64,000 nt of DNA from Muribaculum sp. (GTDB lineage: Bacteria > Bacillota > Clostridia > Lachnospirales > Lachnospiraceae): positions 2,496-66,495 of the forward strand of contig JAMPGV010000006.1 of assembly GCA_023663735.1 (NCBI GenBank). Direction: 5' to 3'. The translations under genes were made by a program, and so were the position numbers. The notes under the pieces were generated by a model that was not told the DNA's origin, did no database searches, and worked only from the letters and a program-made list of their open reading frames with translations. Of this stretch, positions 57,301 through 64,000 are shown in pieces (the stretch's first letter is position 1; each line of letters starts with the position of its first letter).

Positions 57301-57438
57301 GTCATGGGCGTTTTGGCCGCTCTGTTCCTTCTGCTTGCGGTCTATCAGGTCAACCGCATCGCCTTGGAATCCGACCCGGCGTGGATTTATGCGGAATCGG
57401 CAATAGAACTGCGTGCAGAAAGGAAGGTGGACGCATGA
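54307..57438 (+). CDS. Large polytopic membrane protein, YfhO/GT-C glycosyltransferase-like
   Basis: GGDLTYHLQRIEG, GHGYADAIFY, FPWD, LPFLLYKGY; C-terminal third repeats the first module. Confidence 0.7.
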   Translation: MRKIWDLKLWKRKPVCVVTALFSFLMLLCVIQILRPCRQYQFEGGQTFDTGAAAPDTVVYGDISLTPGVYRVELQYDTDADLSAICTVADGTVFAGGLLCNGEHLYSGLNRTGYHMWLYEPTEALEVRVSYGGTGSLITGGLRIVETNQLWTMLLTALLALFAAVLAMLTYSYYDQAYPIAKEKKSAFFLVSLIVLAASVPYLCGYNLAGGDLTYHLQRIEGVKDGLLTGQFPVRIEPRWLYGHGYADAIFYCNTFLYFPALLRLLGFPVTAAYNAYGIAVNLATAWIAYVCFYKIFGRRSVSVLCSALYTLSIVRIYRMFITCAVGEGTALTFLPLILYGLYRIFTEDIKADAYKTAWVPLMLGVSGVLQSHVLTCEITAGVILLFCLLQIRKVFRRATFLQLLKSALASLFVSLWFLTPFVDYYLTQDLHIRNVSGRTIQDRGLYLAHLTLHFWTSGANMPMADSGMKDSHPAGVGMILVAGLAVFVILWFLGALRTTKPNLARFAKISAAAGMLLLFMSTRSFPWDRLQAMHPVAAALVSSLQIPNRTLGWASVCLVFAFGFCLCHFGAHRQTVAAVMAAAALMGITTSGMYLIDSANAGQNYLELYNEEGMGFGYISGAEYLIEGTDESRLTFSGPAADGGTEILSYEGGALQAQLECVNYTRDNSYVDLPFLLYKGYRAFDTETGQALPVCAGDNQSVRVVLPPYYSGALDVRFVSPVYWRISEGISLAALLILLLLWYRYRSGQRNAPKTAAAWDDTARNDAFSSVGSGIRGGRTSGSRQVLLWGLLAGIFVAYFPYLTNYLSLGTDTPAYLNRIAFWADALGSRASLGAFRPDDLLLWLPALSRMIGFPLMDAYKQFVFLTIALTAVCSCHALRTCVKQDYAALSGSLFCLLSPYSISCLYKRGAVAEYLAMACLFLIVCGISLLCVTDGVKRRIRGFLYVLGGAAVLLPCLWNLGCITVVFAPLCCVLLSFEAAYLVRRLMENPSPLRQTVMGVLAALFLLLAVYQVNRIALESDPAWIYAESAIELRAERKVDA

Positions 57439-58460
57439 AAAGCGCAGAATATTTTATTTTGTTTCTGATTCAGGCAGGCACTCTGTTGTCCTCGCTGCTG
57501 TTGTTCCGGAGCCTTTTCCCTCTCCGAAGCTCTTTTGCGAAAAGTCCCGCCGACAAGGAAGCTCTCTTATCGGTCTTCTTCGGCGTCCTGCTCTATATGA
57601 CCTGCCCTTACCGGCTCTATCTCTCACAAACCGTCTCCCAGAATCCGTCCCGTCTGGGGGAGCTGGCCGCCATGGCGCTCCTGCCCCTGTATCTGTGGGC
57701 TGTCCTAAATGTCCGCCTCCGAAGCCGGACGCTCTCGTGCATAGCGATAGCCGCCCTCGCTCTGGCGGGGATGGGATATGCGGACGTGGTATACTTTCTC
57801 ACCGCGGCGGGCGTCACATGCCTTGCGGGCGTACTGCTCCGCAAGCCGCGCCTTCTCCTTCCCGCTGCCGCCGGAACCCTTTTCTTCCTGCCCGGACTGT
57901 ACCCACTCGCCCGGTATTTGTTCCTGAACGATCTCTCTTTTTATCATGTTCCGCCGCAGTCCATTATGCCGGAGGGCTACCGGCTGGGAGAACTGTTTCA
58001 TTCCTATTTCTTCCGAAACGGCCATCCGGGTCTGGGCGTCGGTCTTTTGATCTGCCTTGCCGCCGGATTGTGGATCCGCTTTGTGGATCCCACGAGTCAT
58101 CCGGATTCTCCGAATCATTTCAGCCGTTCAGACCGTCCGGAACGTTTCACCCCCAAGGACGCCGCCGGAATCTGTTCTTTTTTCACAGCGTTGTCCTTAT
58201 TCCTGCTGGTTCTGTCTCTGCGCCTTTTCCCATGGGATCTGGTACAGAGGCTGGGCGCATGGGCCTTGAGGCTGGTATCCCTGATCGAAACCCCCGCGGT
58301 CTTCGCGGGCATGGCTTCGCTATGCCTCTGCGTCCCCGCCGCCTTTGCCGTCAAACAAATAAGCAGACAAGAAAACCGGACGATCGCTTATGCCATACCT
58401 GCTCTGGCCGCTCTGTCCTGTATTCTCGTCTGCCTGCTCTCATGCCGCCCGCTCTCCTAA
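57435..58460 (+). CDS. Paralogous GT-C-like membrane protein, shortened
   Basis: ATG overlaps the previous stop; LYMTCPYR...LGELAAMALLPL, FPWD motifs shared with the upstream gene. Confidence 0.65.
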   Translation: MKSAEYFILFLIQAGTLLSSLLLFRSLFPLRSSFAKSPADKEALLSVFFGVLLYMTCPYRLYLSQTVSQNPSRLGELAAMALLPLYLWAVLNVRLRSRTLSCIAIAALALAGMGYADVVYFLTAAGVTCLAGVLLRKPRLLLPAAAGTLFFLPGLYPLARYLFLNDLSFYHVPPQSIMPEGYRLGELFHSYFFRNGHPGLGVGLLICLAAGLWIRFVDPTSHPDSPNHFSRSDRPERFTPKDAAGICSFFTALSLFLLVLSLRLFPWDLVQRLGAWALRLVSLIETPAVFAGMASLCLCVPAAFAVKQISRQENRTIAYAIPALAALSCILVCLLSCRPLS

Positions 58461-58464
58461 TCGG

Positions 58465-59457
58465 TCAGCCGTTCTCCTGAATGGTCAAAAACAGCAATTC
58501 CATCACCAAGTCAAAGTTCACATTGGCGTCCAGCCTGCGCTTTGCCGTGTCCAACGCTTTGATAATCGTCTCAATCCCCTCATAACTGCTGCGCTGGGCG
58601 CATTTGCGCAAAGCCCCCAGCTCCTCGCGGAACACCAGATGATTGGCGTCCTTGGTGGCCTTAAACAGCAGCACATCCCGATACCAGATCGCCATAATGT
58701 CAAAGCAATCGTTGATCTCCAGCTTGTATTCGCCGATCTTCTTGATGGCGGCCACAATTTCATGAAGCTCCATGTCCTCAATATATTTCAGCAAAGACAG
58801 CACTTCGTTCTTGATATTTTCAAAATCCTCGCTGGAAGCCAGCGCCTTGGCCTTTCCGATATTGCCGCGGGCGAACGCCACGCACACATCCGCCTTGTAA
58901 TCCGGCACCTGCAGCTCCTCCATCAGAAATCTGCGCACTTTTTCGTCCGCCACCGGCTTCATGTTCAATACCACGCAGCGGCTCAGAATCGTGGGCAGAA
59001 GCGCATTGCTGTTGGCGGTCATAAGAATGATCACCGCATACTCCGGCGGTTCCTCCAAAGTCTTCAGGAGCGCGTTCTGCGCCTGCGGGGACATCTTCTC
59101 AGCCTCGTTCACCAGATAGATCTTGTACGGACTGCTATAGGGCTTCACCGCCACGTCGCCGTTAATCTGTGTGCGGATGTCGTCCACGCTGATGGTATTG
59201 GGTTTCTCATGCATCACGCGGATAATGTCTGGCTGATTGCCGGAGAGCGCCTGCTTGCAGGAATGGCACTCCTGACAAGGCTCCGTCCCGCCCTGCTCGC
59301 ACTGAAGCGCCATGGCGAACACTTTGGCGATAAACTCTTTGCCGGAAGACTTTTCACCGTTTATGACATAAGCGTGGGAAATCTTCCGCGCGGACAGCGC
59401 GTTCAGCAGATGCTCCTTCATTTGTTCCTGACCGATAATGTCTGTAAACTTCGCCAT
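58465..59457 (-). CDS. holB: DNA polymerase III subunit delta'
   Basis: ISHAY, PCQECHSC, AQNALLKTLEEP, LLPTILSRC. Confidence 0.95.
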   Translation of the reverse strand: MAKFTDIIGQEQMKEHLLNALSARKISHAYVINGEKSSGKEFIAKVFAMALQCEQGGTEPCQECHSCKQALSGNQPDIIRVMHEKPNTISVDDIRTQINGDVAVKPYSSPYKIYLVNEAEKMSPQAQNALLKTLEEPPEYAVIILMTANSNALLPTILSRCVVLNMKPVADEKVRRFLMEELQVPDYKADVCVAFARGNIGKAKALASSEDFENIKNEVLSLLKYIEDMELHEIVAAIKKIGEYKLEINDCFDIMAIWYRDVLLFKATKDANHLVFREELGALRKCAQRSSYEGIETIIKALDTAKRRLDANVNFDLVMELLFLTIQENG

Positions 59458-59506
59458 CCATTTTCCCCCTTTCGCTTCCGTATCCTATCCGCACCCTATC
59501 CGTACT

Positions 59507-59947
59507 CTATGTGAAAATATCCAGAAGTAGCCCTCTGATCTCCCCGATTTTTTCCAAAATCGCCAGATTGTCCTTCTCGTCCTTCATCAATTCCTGCGCC
59601 AGCTGATCCAGATTCTCATCCACCAACCGGATAATGCCGTAAACCCTGTGCCTTCCCCGCCTGTCCAGAAAATTTTCTCTGGAAAACGCATGGGAATGCG
59701 TCACCACTTCGTTGATGAAACTCTTCACCAGCCCCCGGTAATGCTTCATATCTTTCACATCCCGCTTCTTGGCCAGCCGCTCTCCCTGCATGGTGATCTC
59801 CTCCATCAGAGTGTTCAACCTGCTCTGCAGCTCCGCCTCCTCGATATTGCTGGCAAGCATAAACTTAAACGTTCCGTCCGTGGGCGCTGGCTGCTGCGGC
59901 TGCTCCACGGGAGCCGGCTGCTGTATCTGATTGACCTTGATTTCCAC
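59507..59947 (-). CDS. yaaR: YaaR (DUF327) family protein
   Basis: [27 protein letters not shown]; position upstream of holB. Confidence 0.85.
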   Translation of the reverse strand: MEIKVNQIQQPAPVEQPQQPAPTDGTFKFMLASNIEEAELQSRLNTLMEEITMQGERLAKKRDVKDMKHYRGLVKSFINEVVTHSHAFSRENFLDRRGRHRVYGIIRLVDENLDQLAQELMKDEKDNLAILEKIGEIRGLLLDIFT

Positions 59948-60008
59948 ACGCCCACCTCCTGTCTATATTATATCGGTTTGTTCCTCTCAAAACTGAATCC
60001 GCCTGCCT

Positions 60009-60608
60009 TTATGCCGAACCGTTTTCCTTATTTTCTGCTATGTACACCCCGATCCGCTCCAGACACCGCTTCAAATCATTGTTGTGAAAGCGGATCTCAA
60101 TCCCCGCCTCCCGTATTTTCTCCTCCGAGAAATCCTCGCCATCCGCCAGAAAACGTCTGCACATCTCTTCATATTGGGGCCGCTCCTGCTCCCGCTCTCT
60201 GTCCAACGCCCTCTGCAGCCGCTCCCCGTCATCCAGCTCAATCAAGACCGGAAGCACTTTCTCCGCCCCGAAATGCGCCTGCATATTCCGATAAGCCTCC
60301 AAGGTGCCGATCATGATATAATCCTGCGCGCCCTCCGGCACGAACTGTCCATCGTCCACGGTAAAATACCGCCAGACGCCGCAAAAGGTGTGGTACTCTC
60401 TCTGTTCAATCACCTTTCCCGACGACGACAGGCGCTGAAACCCGTCCTCGTCCGTAAAGTGGTACTCCACCCCGTCCCGCTCGCCCGCGCGGATGGGACG
60501 GGTGGTGTAGGGTACGATGGCGCGCAGCTTTCCCGCTTCCCTCAGCTCTTTAAAAATCGTGTCTTTCCCCGATGAACTTTTCCCCATCAGATAAAAAATT
60601 TTCCCCAT
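60009..60608 (-). CDS. Guanylate kinase-like nucleotide kinase
   Basis: GKSSSGKDT P-loop, YTTRPIRAGERDGVEYHF. Confidence 0.85.
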   Translation of the reverse strand: MGKIFYLMGKSSSGKDTIFKELREAGKLRAIVPYTTRPIRAGERDGVEYHFTDEDGFQRLSSSGKVIEQREYHTFCGVWRYFTVDDGQFVPEGAQDYIMIGTLEAYRNMQAHFGAEKVLPVLIELDDGERLQRALDREREQERPQYEEMCRRFLADGEDFSEEKIREAGIEIRFHNNDLKRCLERIGVYIAENKENGSA

Positions 60609-62038
60609 TAAACTTCCACCACTCTGATCATATTGGTATTGCCCGTGACGCCCATAGGCACTCCGGCGGTAATGACCACGGTATCTCTTTCCCGCACCAG
60701 CCCGGCCTTTTTGGCCTCCTCCACCGCATCCGCAAACAGCGCCTCTGCGGTTTCCTCCTTCTTAAGTACCAGCGGCGTCACGCCCCACAGAAGATTGAGC
60801 TGCTTGGCCACGCGCTCCGACATGGTACAACCGATGATGGGACAAGCGGGCTTAAAGCGGGACACTGCCTCAGCCGTAAAGCCGGAGAGCGTCACCGTGA
60901 TCACGGCGGCCGCCTCCAGATCCATGGCCGTATGGCAGGTGGCATGGGCGATTGCCGTGGTGATATTTTTCTTGTTCATATAAGGAGAGGAGGGAACTTT
61001 CTCGTATTTGGCCATTCTTGCCATATAATCGATGTCCCGCTCCGCACTCTCCGCAATGCGCGACATTGTCTTGACCGCTTCCACCGGATAGCGCCCCGCC
61101 GCGCTCTCCCCGGAGAGCATGATAGCCGTCGTGCCGTCATAGATCGCATTGGCGATATCCGTTGCCTCCGCTCTGGTGGGACGGGGATTTTTGATCATGG
61201 ACTCCAGCATCTGGGTGGCGGTGATCACATGTTTCCCCTGTATATTCGCCATCTTAATCATCTTCTTTTGCAGTACAGGCACCTCCTCCATGGGAATCTC
61301 CACCCCCATATCACCGCGTGCTACCATGATGCCGTCCGACACGCTCAGAATCTCCTCCAGATTCTGGATGCCCTGCATGTTTTCGATCTTAGCGATAATT
61401 TTCATATCGCTTCCCTGTTCCTGCAGGAGCTTGCGAACCTCCAGAATGTCCTCCTTACACCTTGCGAAAGAAGCCGCCAGAAACTCATACCCCATCTGCG
61501 CGCCAAAGATCATGTCCTCCCTGTCCACGTCGCTGATATAAGGCATGGAAAGAATGGCTCCGGGTACATTCACCCCCTTGTGGTTGGACACGGTACCGCC
61601 GTTTACCACGCGGCAGATAATTTCCTGTTCCCCGATCTCCTCCACGCACATCTCGATCAGCCCGTCGTCAATCAGAATCGTTGTTCCGACACCGATGTCA
61701 TTTTTGAGATTTTTGTACGATATGGACGCCTTTTGAGAAGTCCCGAGAATCTCCTCCGTCGTCAGCGTAAAGGTCTGCCCCGGCACAAGTTCTGCCCGGC
61801 CTCCCTCAAAATCCCGCAGTCGGATCTCCGGACCCTTCGTGTCCAGCAGGGTCGCCACATGCGCTCCCAGCTCGGTGCGCACCTTCACAAGACGTTCCAA
61901 TTTCTCCCGCTGTTCCTCTCTCGTCCCATGGGAGAAATTAAATCTCGCCACGTTCATCCCGGCCCGAATCAGTTCCTTCATGCATTCCTCGCTCTCGCTG
62001 GCGGGTCCGATGGTACAGATAATTTTGGTCTTCCTCAT
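60608..62038 (-). CDS. pyk: Pyruvate kinase
   Basis: TKIICTIGP, ARFNFSHG, DTKGPEIR, MVARGDMG, ATQMLES. Confidence 0.97.
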   Translation of the reverse strand: MRKTKIICTIGPASESEECMKELIRAGMNVARFNFSHGTREEQREKLERLVKVRTELGAHVATLLDTKGPEIRLRDFEGGRAELVPGQTFTLTTEEILGTSQKASISYKNLKNDIGVGTTILIDDGLIEMCVEEIGEQEIICRVVNGGTVSNHKGVNVPGAILSMPYISDVDREDMIFGAQMGYEFLAASFARCKEDILEVRKLLQEQGSDMKIIAKIENMQGIQNLEEILSVSDGIMVARGDMGVEIPMEEVPVLQKKMIKMANIQGKHVITATQMLESMIKNPRPTRAEATDIANAIYDGTTAIMLSGESAAGRYPVEAVKTMSRIAESAERDIDYMARMAKYEKVPSSPYMNKKNITTAIAHATCHTAMDLEAAAVITVTLSGFTAEAVSRFKPACPIIGCTMSERVAKQLNLLWGVTPLVLKKEETAEALFADAVEEAKKAGLVRERDTVVITAGVPMGVTGNTNMIRVVEV

Positions 62039-62063
62039 GACTGGCTCCTATCTGCCTGTTCTA

Positions 62064-63497
62064 TCAGGCTCTTTTTATCGTTTTCACATAAAACTTCCCG
62101 TCCCGCAGGACAACGCCCTGTAGATTCAGGCCGTCCTGCGCGTATATCCGAATCCGTCGGCACAGCTCCCCGGTAAAAATCTCCCCCGGAACCAACAGCG
62201 GAATCCCCGGCGGATACAATTTCACAAAATCCGCCGCGGGAAGTCCCTCAGCTTCCGACATCTCTGTCATTTTCCATGGCATATCCCACGCTTCCCAAAG
62301 CGCGTATTCCGCAGCCGGGGGCAAAAGCGTTTCGCTCTCCGCCCCCGTCACGTCCTCCGGCCGCGCGGCCAGACGCACGTCCAGCGCATCCAACGCCCGC
62401 TCCATCCGGTCATAGGCCTCCTGTGCATCCGACAGCGTAAACATTGCCAGACAATAATCCCCCGCCGCCATCTCGCACTGTAGATGGTCTTCCTCCCGCA
62501 GCACATCGTAAATCCACCGACCCGAAACACTGGCTGTACCCGTGGCAATCACCAATTTTCCCACGTCCTGCCTGCCCTGCTCCACATCCCGCCACGGCAC
62601 AAAGCGCAGCCGCCCGCCAGACGACAAACGCTCGTACATCTCCCGATACCGCCGATAAAACGCCGCAAACAGTTCCTCTCCCCGCTCCTCCACAATGCGC
62701 ATGGCGTCACAGATACCGGCCATCAATACATAGGATGGACTGCTGCTCTGGTAAATATGCAGAAAACGCTTTAACAGCTCCCTGTCGATCAGCTCCCCGT
62801 TCACATGCAGGAGCGCTGTCTGCGTCGGCGCGGGAAGCGTCTTGTGGACACTATGGATGACAAGATCCGCCCCCTGCGTACAGCTCCCCGGCGCAAAGCC
62901 TTCCGCAAATCCCAGATGCGCCCCATGCGCCTCATCCACAATCAGGGGGATCCCCCGCTTGTGGACTGTCCGCGCAATGGCCTCCACGTCGGCGATGCGC
63001 CCCTCATAGGTCGGCGACACGATCAACACGGCCTCGATTCCGTTCTCCCGCTCCAAGGCCGCTTCCACCTCTCCTGCCGTCACCGCCTCGTCAAAAGAAA
63101 AACCGGCCGCTTTCTCCGCCCAAAGATAAGTAATTTTCAGCCGCCGCAAATACGCCGCATGATATGCCGACTGATGACAGCCTCTTGCCATCAGCAGACG
63201 TCCCCCTTCCGGCAACGCAGCACTGAGTGCGCTTAAAATCCCTCCGGTACTTCCGTTGATTAAATAAAAAGTTTCCCCCGCACGGTACAGCGTATTGGCA
63301 GATTCCTGAAGTTCCCTTAAAATTCCCTCCGGCTCATGCAGGTTGTCAAATCCGTCGATCTCCGTGATGTCCGCCTCAAGAAACGTCTCCGGCATCCCTC
63401 CCAGCCGTCTCCTTTTATGTCCGGGCATATGATAAGGGTAATAATCCGACCGTCCATAACTGTAGAGTTGTTCCAACAAATCCGCTTTATCTCCCAT
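62064..63497 (-). CDS. Orn/Lys/Arg decarboxylase family PLP enzyme (YaaO-like)
   Basis: HMPGHK, NGST, VDEAHGAH, SVHKTL, YPPGIP. Confidence 0.88.
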   Translation of the reverse strand: MGDKADLLEQLYSYGRSDYYPYHMPGHKRRRLGGMPETFLEADITEIDGFDNLHEPEGILRELQESANTLYRAGETFYLINGSTGGILSALSAALPEGGRLLMARGCHQSAYHAAYLRRLKITYLWAEKAAGFSFDEAVTAGEVEAALERENGIEAVLIVSPTYEGRIADVEAIARTVHKRGIPLIVDEAHGAHLGFAEGFAPGSCTQGADLVIHSVHKTLPAPTQTALLHVNGELIDRELLKRFLHIYQSSSPSYVLMAGICDAMRIVEERGEELFAAFYRRYREMYERLSSGGRLRFVPWRDVEQGRQDVGKLVIATGTASVSGRWIYDVLREEDHLQCEMAAGDYCLAMFTLSDAQEAYDRMERALDALDVRLAARPEDVTGAESETLLPPAAEYALWEAWDMPWKMTEMSEAEGLPAADFVKLYPPGIPLLVPGEIFTGELCRRIRIYAQDGLNLQGVVLRDGKFYVKTIKRA

Positions 63498-64000
63498 TTG
63501 ACCCGGCTCCATGCCCTCTGTGAATCCGCAGCGTCTCCATCAAGGAACACCATTTGTCCGCCGCACTCACGATCCAAGCCTCCCTGCACACAGGCGGCAC
63601 CACCGTCAAGGGCCACATATGCTTTTTGATGATATCCTTCTCCCTCGGCGTCAGCCGATACTCCGCAGAGGCATTCTTGAGCGCTATGCCCGGATGGAAA
63701 AATCCATGCAGCCTCCAGACGGGGACATGCTCCTTGCTGTGCCAGTCGTAAAGAAAATAGTCGTGAAGCAGGGCGCCCCGGATCAGCGCTCTCCGATTAC
63801 AGGGAATGTGCAGCTTCTCGCTGATGGCAAGGCTGTACTTCGCCACATTCAAACAATGTCGGTTTACCGACATATCCCCGTGCTGAATATGCTTTTTAGT
63901 CGATTGAAAATTCGGAGACTGTAGAATATCGGACGCCGCAGCCTTGATTTTACGGTTCAAATCCCTCTGCCGCTCCAAATGATTCCGCCAGCGCTCCGCC
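63487..64000 (-). CDS. HD-domain phosphohydrolase (5' end probably outside the window)
   Basis: IQHG, LLHDYF, FHP, HMWP, ADK; frame stays open to the window end. Confidence 0.82.
   Translation of the reverse strand, partial: AERWRNHLERQRDLNRKIKAAASDILQSPNFQSTKKHIQHGDMSVNRHCLNVAKYSLAISEKLHIPCNRRALIRGALLHDYFLYDWHSKEHVPVWRLHGFFHPGIALKNASAEYRLTPREKDIIKKHMWPLTVVPPVCREAWIVSAADKWCSLMETLRIHRGHGAGSNGR

Overview
Chromosomal window from a spore-forming Clostridia bacterium. Gene content and gene order look Lachnospiraceae-like (inference). The backbone is housekeeping: glgP, tadA, SRP RNA, sugar ABC ATPase, metG, rpe, split transketolase, spmA/spmB, and the yaaO-pyk-gmk-like-yaaR-holB-ricT-yabB-rsmI cluster. 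Two accessory loci stand out. (1) A five-gene minus-strand operon (3259-11244) with its own sigma-A-like promoter and translational coupling across the last three genes. It encodes a stand-alone RyR-domain protein, a SLOG-like plus double SLATT-like membrane protein, a membrane-anchored TIR protein with a large YD-repeat/PDZ ectodomain (Toll-like-receptor-like topology), a divergent ClpP and a soluble VirD4-like ATPase. This is my best candidate for an undescribed nucleotide-signalling/defence system. (2) A visibly AT-richer island between convergent spmB and spmA (31784-43449). It carries a complete type II-A CRISPR-Cas9 system (29 repeats/28 spacers, csn2, cas2, cas1, cas9, tracrRNA with promoter), a WYL regulator, a candidate sRNA and an AAA_21 ATPase plus a frameshifted TOPRIM-like partner. 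Also noted: an S8 protease preceded by a lipoprotein copy of its own propeptide, MITE-like intergenic elements and several tandem repeats. All family calls come from motif recognition by eye; no searches were run.
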